Part shown: piece after piece, positions 24,742 through 33,474 of the stretch
Layout: every line of letters begins with the position of its first letter
How positions within the stretch are numbered: the stretch's first letter is position 1
Assembly: GCA_900317715.1 (NCBI GenBank)
Contig: ONHS01000001.1
Span: 18,316 to 82,315 of the forward strand
Direction of reading: 5' to 3'
Source of the DNA: an uncultured Bacteroidales bacterium
GTDB lineage: Bacteria; Bacteroidota; Bacteroidia; Bacteroidales; WCHB1-69
DNA length: 64,000 bases
Program-made: the position numbers and the translations under genes
The notes under the pieces: model-generated
Told to the model about the DNA's origin: nothing
Database searches by the model: none
What the model saw: the letters and a program-made list of their open reading frames with translations, nothing else

Positions 24742-24860
24742 GGTTTAGGAGGTTAGAAGGTTCAAAGTTCAAGGTTCAAGGTTCAAGGTTCAAAGTTTCA
24801 GGTTTCAAGTTTCAAGTTTCAGGTTTCAAGTCTTAAATCATAAGTCACACGTCATACGTC
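24742..24860 (-). repeat. heptamer STR block R5 (sense order A, B, C)
   Basis: Sense strand reads gacgtatgacgtgtgacttatga... cttgaaa/cctgaaa x6, ccttgaa x3 ... ctaacctcctaaacc. The block overlaps the last 5 codons and the stop of the dus-like gene. Confidence 0.9.
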
Positions 24861-25762
24861 AAAAACTCCTTCAAGTCACAAATTCTCAACATCTGTTGCA
24901 GTTTTTCATCGGGCATTTGCATGAAAACGGCGAAATAGTGCCATAGTTCTTTCAGATTCGCCAGTGTGCCGGATTCTCCGCGGATGGGTAATAAATCATC
25001 GATAAGATTCTGATAGAAAGCGAGAAAACGACTGTTCTTGTCGCCAACTTCTTGACCTTTAATCTCTTCTGCCAAAAACGGATTTTGAAGCAACCCGCGA
25101 CCTAACATCCAAGCTTCCACATTAGGAAATCGTTCAGAGAGTGCCAGATAGTCTTCTTTGGTGAAAATATCGCCGCTATAGACGATTTTATGATGGGTTA
25201 TGCTGCAAAATTCCTCAAATATGTCCCAATGTGGTTTTCCTTCGTAGATTTCATCGCCCAAACGAGGATGGATGACCAGGAAATCCAATGGATAAGCGTT
25301 CAGCCGTTGCAGTAAAACGCGGCCTTCGTCGGGGTGATGCAGCCCGAGGCGCATCTTCAAGGAAACCTGAAACGATGTTTGTTCGGTGATGGCCGCCACC
25401 ATTCGTTCGATTGTGTCGGGGTGGGGCATGAGCCCGCACCCGCGCGTGTGTCGCACGACAGGGGACGAGGGACATCCGATGTTGATGTTAAAATGCTCGT
25501 ACCCAAACTGTTCGTGCAGCATGTTCATCGTGTCCACGAACTGTTGAGGTTGGTTGCCCATGAGTTGCGGGGTGAGTGGAAGGGCGGTGTTGTTTTCCGG
25601 AAGGATGTCCTGCCACACTTTCGGGCGGAATTTTCCGGCGGACTGCACGGGGAGGAATGGGGACATAAAAAAATCTATGCCGCCAAAATGACGGCATAGT
25701 GTGTTTCTGAATGTACGGGAAGTGATCCCGTGCAGAGGGGCTAACCAGAGTTCCGGTGCCAT
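24845..25762 (-). CDS. tRNA-dihydrouridine synthase family protein, 305 aa
   Basis: Dus-like TIM-barrel motifs (LAPLHGITS..FR, NIGCPS) and typical length. Confidence 0.8.
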   Translation of the reverse strand: MAPELWLAPLHGITSRTFRNTLCRHFGGIDFFMSPFLPVQSAGKFRPKVWQDILPENNTALPLTPQLMGNQPQQFVDTMNMLHEQFGYEHFNINIGCPSSPVVRHTRGCGLMPHPDTIERMVAAITEQTSFQVSLKMRLGLHHPDEGRVLLQRLNAYPLDFLVIHPRLGDEIYEGKPHWDIFEEFCSITHHKIVYSGDIFTKEDYLALSERFPNVEAWMLGRGLLQNPFLAEEIKGQEVGDKNSRFLAFYQNLIDDLLPIRGESGTLANLKELWHYFAVFMQMPDEKLQQMLRICDLKEFLTYDV

Positions 25763-26727
25763 TAGCGAATCACCACTTTCCGGGTCTTTTCAGAACCGTT
25801 CACGTTGAAAGTCAGCATATAAACGCCGGCAGGATACTTTTTGACGTCCAAGCTGGTTTTGCCTACCGACTTGCCGGAATCCAGCGTTCTGCCCGTCAAA
25901 TCGCGCAACGACCACTGGTATTGTTTGTCGGTGTTTGCTTGGAAATAAAGCACGTCAGAAGCCGGGTTGGGATATACGGTTTCGCGCTCCGTCTCCACAA
26001 CAGGAACGGCCACCTCTTGCATCAGTTTGACATCATCCACATACAGAATTGAACCACCGCCCATGCTGGTGGAAGAAATTATCACAATCATGATGGAGTC
26101 GCAAGCGGTGCCGGGATCGTCAAAATTGAGTGCGATTTGCTGATAACCGTCAGGATTCAGAGAACCGTAAGTGTTATAAGCATAGCTCACGGGAGTGCCG
26201 TTTTGCTTGGTCATAGCCAAGACTAGCATTTCATCCTCATCCACAGGTTGATACTTGACCCACATCGTCACGGCTCCTGGCGTTTGTGTGCAAGGAATAC
26301 CGGGCGCGAAGATTTTAGCCAAGGATGTCAGTGATGACAGGTTATCGGGATCGAAGCCTGCGCCTGTGGTGTCCTGGATGGCTTGTATGATGGCCATAAT
26401 ATCCTCTAAAGGAATAGAAAAGCCTTCAGATTCGCCGACTTGCAGAATACCGGGAAGCGGAATGGTGTATCCGAGGTTAGGAATCGTGAAATCGGCAGAT
26501 TCTAACTTTATAGCGTAATTGCCATTATGGGAGTCAGTGGTTTGGGACCCGAAATTCACCTCTACGGGAATATTGACGAAGGAGGTGATGTAGCCATGAA
26601 GACCAGCTGTCCAACCCACCGCTTTTCCGTATGACCACGTTTCAAAATCTCCGTTGGTGATGATGTTTTGTGCGTTCAGAGTCGCAAAACTGCTTAAAAT
26701 CAATAAAAATGCTAAAACTTTTTTCAT
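25762..26727 (-). CDS. T9SS-secreted protein, 321 aa (possible PCMD-like beta-sandwich)
   Basis: Signal peptide MKKVLAFLLILSSFATLNAQ, N-terminal NGDFETW motif, and C-terminal sorting domain VYPNPASDVLYF...GVYMLTF...RKVVIR. Confidence 0.7.
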   Translation of the reverse strand: MKKVLAFLLILSSFATLNAQNIITNGDFETWSYGKAVGWTAGLHGYITSFVNIPVEVNFGSQTTDSHNGNYAIKLESADFTIPNLGYTIPLPGILQVGESEGFSIPLEDIMAIIQAIQDTTGAGFDPDNLSSLTSLAKIFAPGIPCTQTPGAVTMWVKYQPVDEDEMLVLAMTKQNGTPVSYAYNTYGSLNPDGYQQIALNFDDPGTACDSIMIVIISSTSMGGGSILYVDDVKLMQEVAVPVVETERETVYPNPASDVLYFQANTDKQYQWSLRDLTGRTLDSGKSVGKTSLDVKKYPAGVYMLTFNVNGSEKTRKVVIR

Positions 26728-26753
26728 ATTCTTGAACTTATATCATCATGAAT

Positions 26754-28955
26754 TTACAACACCGTTATAGATCCCTTATGCGAGGAGGATACGCCCTCGT
26801 AGTCGGTGATATGGAGCGTGTAAGTGAAGGTGGAGCCGACCATCAGCTTGCCGTTGACAGAACCGTTCCATTCGAAATCTTTGTTGGTGGTATGGTAAAC
26901 CACTTCGCCATTGCGGTTGAAAACCGTGAACTCCAGCTCTTTGATGAGGCTTCTTTGCGGAATGTAGAAGTAGTCGTTCATGCCATCTAAGTTGCTGGGC
27001 GTTATGGTGTTGGGAAGATTCAGGAAGGGTTTGCAAGCTGGGATGGTGATGGTGTTGGTCGCGGAACATCCGTCTTCATTTTGAATCTCCACAGAATAGG
27101 TGCCAGGGGCTGTGATGGTAATGGAAGGCGTCGTTTCGCCGGTGCTCCATTTGTATTGGGCGATGTCGTCTTCTGATTCGGCGGAGAGGGTGGTGGTGAA
27201 GGCATCACAATAGTCCAAATCGAAGGCGATTTCCACCTTGGGCTTGCGCACAATCAAGGTGACATCGACAAGGCTGTCGCAGCCGTTCCAAGCCAGTGTT
27301 TCGTAATTGACACGGCGGGTGCCTTCTGTGGACCAGGTCTGAGTTTCTCCAAAATATTGGGAATCATAAACGAACGGCAGTTTTTCCTCGCAAGTGGAAA
27401 CTGTATCCGTCGCAGAGGAGTTCTCCGTAGCCGTCATGTCCAGGTGGATGACTTTTTCTATCGTATCGACGCAGATTCTGGCGGAGTCTTGGATAATGAT
27501 CCTAATAGTAGCCTCGCCAGTTTCTGATATCGTGCTGTTGTCAAAGGTCAAGACGGGATCGAGGGTGTTTTCTGCGAAGGGAATGAACGCATTGTTGTCA
27601 CGTCTTTTCACCAGCCACTGGATGAGTTGCGTTTGTTGTCGGACGGTGTCTTCCGTGCCACCTTGTTGTGTGGGCGGGGTGATGACGAAAATATCACTGG
27701 AGTCCATAAAGTGAACCGTCAGGTCGCAATTGTTGAACAACTGCTCATATCCGAAGTCGGCATCCAAGTAATAGGATTTGATGTGTGCTTCGTAAACGAA
27801 GGGGACGCCCGTGTAGGATTTCATCTCGCAACGGTAATAAGGCCAGATTCTAGCCAGGTTACGATCCAAGGAGACTTTATAAATGGTGCCGCTGATACCC
27901 GGTTGGTCGAAGTCGAGAATGCGGTTGCAGGCATCCAGAGAGTCGTAGCCGTAGTGCCATTCGTAGGTCTGTTCCAGGAAGCCCCACGGCACGGAAAGTT
28001 GTACAGGTTCTTCACCACATGCATCCACGTGGATGTCGCCGGGGATCATTTTGGCGGCGAAGAGGCAGTAAGCCCAGTGATACATAGCGCCGCATGCTCT
28101 GACGCGGATACGCAACTTTACGGATTTTCCTTGAGCGGCATAGTCGCTCAAATCGAAAGCGACAGGCTTGTATTCAAACCAACCCACATCGTAAGAGGAA
28201 AGTCCGCTGCTCTGGCTGGGCGGGCATTTACGGAACGGGAAGGTCGTGGGAGTAGCTTCAGGGAATGCCCAATAATAGGTGGTGATACCATTTTCGTCAG
28301 GAGCCGTGTGCGTGTCTTGAGCGGAATTACTACCACTGGGCACAGCCAGGAAACGATTGTACGGCCAAGCCGTGTTGATAGTGCCGTTAGCCCGTTTGTA
28401 GTAACCACTCGGAATCAGTTGCCCCGTCACACCATCAATCACCTCGATGTAAAATCTGGGGTTGTAACTGGCTTCATGGTAGGAGACATCTTCCTCAGCA
28501 AAAGAGAAATAGACCAGCAACGTGCTCTCCCCGGGTTGAGGATAGAACCAGTATTCCAGCTGAGAGTTGTCGGCGCAAGGGGTGCAACCGTTGGAACAGT
28601 TGTTGCATCCCACCATGATTACCGTGTCCAAAGTCTCGCTTGAATTACCTGACCAAGAGATAGGCAGGTAGTTTTCGTGCGGGTAGGTGTTGCCCACTTG
28701 GTAGCAACGACAAGGGTCGGCGGCCTGAGTGGTGATCAGTTTGTGTGAGTAGTATCCGTTATAGGAACTGATGCCTGACGAAGATTCAAAACTGCTCAGG
28801 GAAGAGGAGGTGGAGGCCCGGACGTAGTGGTGGTTCTGGAAGTCCAACGTCATGAAGTTCAGTGGCCCTTGGGCGGGTGTCCATGGGGCATATTGTGCCA
28901 TGCCTAAACTGACAGATAAAAAGCAAATGACTGCGAAAAAAGCTATCTTTTTCAT
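26754..28955 (-). CDS. secreted protein with T9SS type-B (gliding-motility-associated) C-terminal domain, 733 aa
   Basis: Signal peptide plus C-terminal PNTITPSNLDGMNDYFYIP...FTVFNRNGEVVY...WNG...G.....TFTY signature. Confidence 0.75.
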   Translation of the reverse strand: MKKIAFFAVICFLSVSLGMAQYAPWTPAQGPLNFMTLDFQNHHYVRASTSSSLSSFESSSGISSYNGYYSHKLITTQAADPCRCYQVGNTYPHENYLPISWSGNSSETLDTVIMVGCNNCSNGCTPCADNSQLEYWFYPQPGESTLLVYFSFAEEDVSYHEASYNPRFYIEVIDGVTGQLIPSGYYKRANGTINTAWPYNRFLAVPSGSNSAQDTHTAPDENGITTYYWAFPEATPTTFPFRKCPPSQSSGLSSYDVGWFEYKPVAFDLSDYAAQGKSVKLRIRVRACGAMYHWAYCLFAAKMIPGDIHVDACGEEPVQLSVPWGFLEQTYEWHYGYDSLDACNRILDFDQPGISGTIYKVSLDRNLARIWPYYRCEMKSYTGVPFVYEAHIKSYYLDADFGYEQLFNNCDLTVHFMDSSDIFVITPPTQQGGTEDTVRQQTQLIQWLVKRRDNNAFIPFAENTLDPVLTFDNSTISETGEATIRIIIQDSARICVDTIEKVIHLDMTATENSSATDTVSTCEEKLPFVYDSQYFGETQTWSTEGTRRVNYETLAWNGCDSLVDVTLIVRKPKVEIAFDLDYCDAFTTTLSAESEDDIAQYKWSTGETTPSITITAPGTYSVEIQNEDGCSATNTITIPACKPFLNLPNTITPSNLDGMNDYFYIPQRSLIKELEFTVFNRNGEVVYHTTNKDFEWNGSVNGKLMVGSTFTYTLHITDYEGVSSSHKGSITVL

Positions 28956-29105
28956 AATTTCAAATTTTTCATCTTTTACACCCTAACGAAAAAAACGCCT
29001 GAACGTTGCAAACAATTTTCATTTTTTTCTTAGGTCAAAAATCATTTTTCTTCTCCGCCGCGAAATTACAATTTTTATTCTTATGCTTCGCAAAAAAATA
29101 TTTTA

Positions 29106-29113
29106 TACCTTTG
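29106..29113 (+). promoter_or_regulatory. -7 box TACCTTTG
   Basis: Matches TAnnTTTG, 26 nt before ATG 29139. No further box appears before 33623. Confidence 0.55.
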
Positions 29114-29138
29114 CCGCCGCAAAATCTAAACCTAAAGT

Positions 29139-29831
29139 ATGAAAAAACCAGATATTCTTGTCATCATTATTATTGTTCTTTGCTTGCTGCCATTCTTCTT
29201 GTTTGACAGCGTTTATGATGCGTATTGCACAGCAAATCAGCGTTTTCCGTTATGGATGGCCTTTTTGAAATTCGGCATATTGGCTACGTTTGGGGAGATG
29301 TTGGGATGCCGTGTGAGAACGGGCGAATATTACCATAAAGGTTTCGGCATTGCTCCGAAATTTGTCATTTGGGGACTTTTGGGTATGTGGATTGCCTTGG
29401 CGATGAGTGTTTTCCGTCTCGGCATCCCTGCGTTCATGGAGCGTTATGCAGCCTTCAGCGGTGTTTCCGCCGCCATGGCAGGCCCGATGTCGTGGCTGAA
29501 ACTCCTCGGCGCCTTCTGCATCAGCGTGATGATGAACACCTCCTTCGCGCCCGTCTTCATGACCGTGCACAAGATCTCCGACATGCACATCAGCGAGCAC
29601 GGCGGCGCCTTCTCCGCGCTCTTCAAGCCCGTTGATGTGAAACGTCACATCTGCGAAATGGACTGGGGTGTGCAATGGGGCTTCGTCTTCAAGAAGACCA
29701 TCCCGATGTTCTGGATTCCTGCCCATACGCTCACTTTCTGTCTGCCGCAAGACCTCCAAGTGCTCTTCGCCGCCTTCTGTAGCGTCATCCTCGGACTGTT
29801 CCTGTCCATCGCTGCGAAAAAAGGGAACTAG
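29139..29831 (+). CDS. polytopic membrane protein, 230 aa
   Basis: About six hydrophobic helices. No family recognised. Confidence 0.6.
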   Translation: MKKPDILVIIIIVLCLLPFFLFDSVYDAYCTANQRFPLWMAFLKFGILATFGEMLGCRVRTGEYYHKGFGIAPKFVIWGLLGMWIALAMSVFRLGIPAFMERYAAFSGVSAAMAGPMSWLKLLGAFCISVMMNTSFAPVFMTVHKISDMHISEHGGAFSALFKPVDVKRHICEMDWGVQWGFVFKKTIPMFWIPAHTLTFCLPQDLQVLFAAFCSVILGLFLSIAAKKGN

Positions 29832-30023
29832 CTGTTGGCCGTTAGTCGTTCGCTTGCGAGAAACTAATGCTTTGAGACGTGTGACGTATGACGTGTGATG
29901 TGTGATGTGTGACTTGTGACCCTCGACACCTTGACCCTTGACCCTATACTATTAACCTTCTAACCTTCAACCCCTTAAACCTTCAACCCTAAACCCTAAA
30001 CCTTAAACCAACCCCAAACCAAC
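29832..30023 (+). repeat. heptamer STR block R6 (E-like, A 29874-29920, B 29921-29946, C 29953-30020)
   Basis: Fills the entire stop-to-ATG spacer. The last 78 nt contain no G. Confidence 0.9.
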
Positions 30024-30713
30024 ATGTATTTTATCATTTTCATCGTATTAATGGTCGCGAGCATGGTCATCCAAAAGACCTTGACCTCGCGCATGGAAAA
30101 ATATTCCAAAGTCCCGCTCAGCAGCGGGCTCTCCGGCAAGCAAGTGGCCGAGAAGATGCTGCGTGACAACGGTATTTATGACGTGCAGGTGACCTGCACC
30201 GGCGGTTATCTCACCGACCACTACGACCCGACCAAGAAGACGGTCAACCTGAGTGAAGGTGTCTATGAGGGTCGCAACATCTCCGCCGCTGCCGTCGCTG
30301 CGCACGAGTGCGGACACGCCGTGCAGCACGCCACTGCCTACCGCTGGCTCACCATGCGTTCCAAGCTGGTGCCCGCCGTGCAATTCGGTTCGCAATTCTC
30401 GACATGGATTCTGCTGGCAGGTATCGTCCTCTTAGGATTTACCCAGTATTTAGGACAATGGGTGCTGCTGATTGGCATTGCTCTTTTTGCATTGACCACC
30501 ATCTTCTCCATCATTACCCTGCCTGTGGAGTACAATGCTTCCGAACGTGCCGTCGCTTGGCTCGACGAGCAGGCCATCACCACTGGCGAAGAGACCGTTA
30601 TGGCCAAGGACGCCCTCAAGTGGGCCGCCCGCACCTACCTCATCGCCGCTATTTCCTCGCTGGCCACCTTGTTGTACTATATCTCCATTTACATGGGAGG
30701 AAGAAGGGATTAA
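30024..30713 (+). CDS. YugP-family zinc metallopeptidase, 229 aa
   Basis: HECGHAVQH zinc motif with N- and C-terminal TM helices, typical of the neutral zinc metallopeptidase (YugP) family. Confidence 0.85.
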   Translation: MYFIIFIVLMVASMVIQKTLTSRMEKYSKVPLSSGLSGKQVAEKMLRDNGIYDVQVTCTGGYLTDHYDPTKKTVNLSEGVYEGRNISAAAVAAHECGHAVQHATAYRWLTMRSKLVPAVQFGSQFSTWILLAGIVLLGFTQYLGQWVLLIGIALFALTTIFSIITLPVEYNASERAVAWLDEQAITTGEETVMAKDALKWAARTYLIAAISSLATLLYYISIYMGGRRD

Positions 30714-30743
30714 TTCATAATTCACAATTCATAATTCATAATT
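30711..30743 (+). repeat. heptamer STR block R7 (family F, ttcataa)
   Basis: taattcataattcacaattcataattcataatt spans from the stop codon to 3 nt before the next ATG. Confidence 0.85.
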
Positions 30744-30746
30744 GGA

Positions 30747-31835
30747 ATGAAAAGAATCGTAACATTATTAGTTGTTAACCTGTTGGTTTTAAGTGTGTTT
30801 GCGCAGGTGCAGGTTTATCCTTTGGGAAATTTGCCGGAGAAGGTGAAATATACGGGTTCCGTGACATATGCGCTTCCTTCCACTACGTTGAAAGTGACGG
30901 TTTCCGTCTCCAAAGTGCAGGATGTGCGCGGCTATTTCGCGGATTATGCCGAAAGTCTGCTTGGATTGACCAATATCATCCAGCAGAACAGCACCCATTA
31001 CTTGATCAATTCTGTGGAGATCGAACCTTTGAAAACGCCTGATATGACTGAAGTTTACAGGGCTTTCACCTCCAACGCTGTACTTGCTGAATCTATGAAC
31101 AAAGCTCCTCTCACTGCTCATGTGGCTTTCCCAGATGGGTATTTAACAGCCTATCAAACGCATACGGCATCGCTCCCTGAGTTCTTCAAAAACTATGCGG
31201 ACATTTCGTACACACAACAGCAGGAGACGTTTGTAGATACTAAAATCATTGACGGTGTCGTGACGCAAGTGCCTGCCAATCATACGAAAACGGTCTCCAA
31301 GAGTTTTGAGAACAAAGCTCGTGAGGCTGCCGATGCCATCATGAAGAGCCGTAAAGATCAATACAATCTGGTTGCGGGCGAGCAGGAAACTCCCTATACG
31401 GGAGAGGCGTTGGCCATCATGCTTTCGGAACTTAAAAATTGGGAAAGCAACTACATGAGCCTTTTCACTGGTGTCTCCATCGCCGACACGATCCAGTATG
31501 TGTTCTATTTTACGCCAAACAGCAAATTGGAGCAGATGACGGCGTTCTATTTTAGTGAGAACAAAGGACTTAACCCGACGGAAGGTGCCGCTGCGAATGC
31601 TTATACGCTGAACTTTAATCCTCGCTACCCAAAGATGTTTGAAGTGGCGGAATGGTATTTTCCGCAATCAGGTTTTTTGACGCGCAACAGGCAACCCGTG
31701 CACGTCACCCTGTCGCACGACAAAAAGGTTCACGATTTCGGTGTTGTGAACATGTACCAAGCGGGAAGCACTTTTGTGGTACAACCTTCCGCAAAAGAGC
31801 CCTTCGACATAAACCAAGTTGGCATTGTGTTTTAG
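30747..31835 (+). CDS. secreted hypothetical protein (DUF4831-like), 362 aa
   Basis: Signal peptide MKRIVTLLVVNLLVLSVFAQ. The family name is from memory of similar Bacteroidota proteins and is tentative. Confidence 0.55.
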   Translation: MKRIVTLLVVNLLVLSVFAQVQVYPLGNLPEKVKYTGSVTYALPSTTLKVTVSVSKVQDVRGYFADYAESLLGLTNIIQQNSTHYLINSVEIEPLKTPDMTEVYRAFTSNAVLAESMNKAPLTAHVAFPDGYLTAYQTHTASLPEFFKNYADISYTQQQETFVDTKIIDGVVTQVPANHTKTVSKSFENKAREAADAIMKSRKDQYNLVAGEQETPYTGEALAIMLSELKNWESNYMSLFTGVSIADTIQYVFYFTPNSKLEQMTAFYFSENKGLNPTEGAAANAYTLNFNPRYPKMFEVAEWYFPQSGFLTRNRQPVHVTLSHDKKVHDFGVVNMYQAGSTFVVQPSAKEPFDINQVGIVF

Positions 31836-31975
31836 CTTGACGTATGACGTATGATTTGTGACTTGTGACTTATGACTTATGACTTATGATTAGTGATATA
31901 GACTAGATTCTTGACCCTTGACCTTCGACCCTAAACATTAAACTCTAAACCCTAAACCCCAAACCTTAAACCTTC
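31836..31975 (+). repeat. heptamer STR block R8 (A 31836-31897, B 31910-31931, C 31930-31975)
   Basis: cttgacgtatgacgtatga...gacttatgacttatgacttatga ... cttgacccttgaccttcgaccc taaacattaaactctaaaccctaaaccccaaaccttaaaccttc, then ATG. Confidence 0.9.
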
Positions 31976-32482
31976 ATGCAAAGAACCCTAATTTCCATCC
32001 TTGCCCTCGTCCTCGTTTTCTTCACTGGATGCCAGAAGATGGAGCAGAATAAGCTCAATCGCCAGATGAAGAAGATGGCCAAAGTCTATTTAGAGCAAGA
32101 GGAGGTAAAAAATTATAAAGATTTGGCCATTACGTGTGTCGATACCATCACGGAGTTCAGTTATGCCAAGTTGACCTCCGAATTGTTGGGGAATATGGAA
32201 GTGATGTACGAACAGATGTATTGGGACGAGTCGGAAGATTCGACCAAGCGCGAAGTTATTGGTTTGTACCTCAATGAGATACGTCGGACAAAAGCGGATT
32301 TTGAGGATTTGATGGACAACGGTGATTTGCAGACCGAGGGCATTCTGCTGTATATGGTTACGGGTACTTTCCAGCTGGATGGCCAAAAGCAGGATATGAT
32401 GTTCTTGGTGAACCCGGATAAGAAATCGCTGCATGAGCTGGATCCGTTCGGCAACAATCTGTTATATAAGGACGAAGAGTGA
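31976..32482 (+). CDS. lipoprotein, 168 aa
   Basis: MQRTLISILALVLVFFTGC is a lipobox. Confidence 0.6.
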   Translation: MQRTLISILALVLVFFTGCQKMEQNKLNRQMKKMAKVYLEQEEVKNYKDLAITCVDTITEFSYAKLTSELLGNMEVMYEQMYWDESEDSTKREVIGLYLNEIRRTKADFEDLMDNGDLQTEGILLYMVTGTFQLDGQKQDMMFLVNPDKKSLHELDPFGNNLLYKDEE

Positions 32483-33423
32483 TGTTTCCCTGGGGCGATG
32501 AGCGGCGGTTTAACGCCTATAGCCGCTATTGCAGAGCGCATTACGGCGGCAGAATCCAGAAACTGCCGGTGGATGCGGGTTTCTCCTGTCCCAACCGTGT
32601 GAGTCGCACGCAAGGCGGTTGCACCTATTGTGCCAACAGTGCCTTTTCTCCATCTTATCTTGCTGATAAAGAAGATGTTGCTTTTCAATTGGAGCGCGGT
32701 AAAACCTTCTTTCAGAAAAGGTATCCCAAGAATAAAGGTTATTTTGCTTATTTTCAGGCATATACTAATACAAATGCACCTGTTGAGGTCCTTCGGCGAA
32801 AGTTCGAGGCGGCTTTGACCGTGGCTGATATTAAGGGACTTGTCATTTCCACCCGTCCTGATTGTCTGCCGGAAGAGGTGTTGGATTACCTTTCCGAGCT
32901 GAACGAGCGCACACACCTGACGATGGAAATAGGCGTGGAAAGTTTTCATAATGAGACGCTTACGCATATCCATCGCGGACATACGGTGGAATGCACTTTC
33001 GAAGCGTTTGAAAAACTGCATCAGCGGAATATTTCCACCAGTGCGCATCTGATTTTCGGTCTGCCCGACGAGAAACCCGAGCAATGGTTGGAGGATGTGC
33101 GGATCCTCAATAGATTGCGGTCCCAGTTCGTGAAATTCCATCAGCTGCAGATTTTCAAGAACACCGCCATGGAAACCGAATATGCGCAACATCCCGAGCG
33201 TTTCCATTCTTTTTCCGCCGATGATTACGTGCAGTTTCTGTGCGATTATCTGGAGCGGATGTCCCCCGAAATTGTCATTGAGCGCTTCTCGGCCGAGGTG
33301 CCACCCCGCTATCTCGCTGTCTCCCAGTGGAATTTGCTGCGCCATGATGCGTTGGTGCGTAAGGTAGAGGAGGAAATGGAGCGGAGGGGAAGCTGGCAGG
33401 GAGGTTCAATTCATAATTCATAA
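32482..33423 (+). CDS. TIGR01212-type radical SAM protein, 313 aa
   Basis: QKLPVDAGFSCPNR.....GGCTYC cluster motif. ATG 32482 overlaps the upstream TGA (TGATG). The last codons lie in the F repeat. Confidence 0.8.
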   Translation: MFPWGDERRFNAYSRYCRAHYGGRIQKLPVDAGFSCPNRVSRTQGGCTYCANSAFSPSYLADKEDVAFQLERGKTFFQKRYPKNKGYFAYFQAYTNTNAPVEVLRRKFEAALTVADIKGLVISTRPDCLPEEVLDYLSELNERTHLTMEIGVESFHNETLTHIHRGHTVECTFEAFEKLHQRNISTSAHLIFGLPDEKPEQWLEDVRILNRLRSQFVKFHQLQIFKNTAMETEYAQHPERFHSFSADDYVQFLCDYLERMSPEIVIERFSAEVPPRYLAVSQWNLLRHDALVRKVEEEMERRGSWQGGSIHNS

Positions 33424-33432
33424 TTCATAATT
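33407..33432 (+). repeat. heptamer STR block R9a (family F)
   Basis: caattcataattcataattcataatt encodes the last 5 residues (IHNS plus stop) of the radical SAM gene. Confidence 0.85.
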
Positions 33433-33474
33433 GGCGCGCTACGTACCAAGGATTTCGTTTCTGTAACGCATAAG

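Noticed and set aside
30308-30778. 156-aa plus-strand ORF overlapping the YugP peptidase gene and running into the F repeat. Also the N-terminal extension of murG from 35670.
   Set aside because: It is an alternative frame of a well-supported gene with Arg/Pro/His-rich composition typical of off-frame translation. The murG extension reads through the inverted F repeat upstream of a -7 box.
32161-33345. Long antisense ORFs: 32161-33345 (-), 27627-28643 (+), 18801-19631 (-), 37432-38268 (+), 5118-5717 and 5775-6479 (-), 11426-12079 (+), 60725-61561 (+), and many short ones inside 45629-56773.
   Set aside because: Each lies opposite a gene with clear family motifs and has skewed Arg/Gly/His/Val-rich composition. 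None has a signal peptide, a motif or a promoter box.
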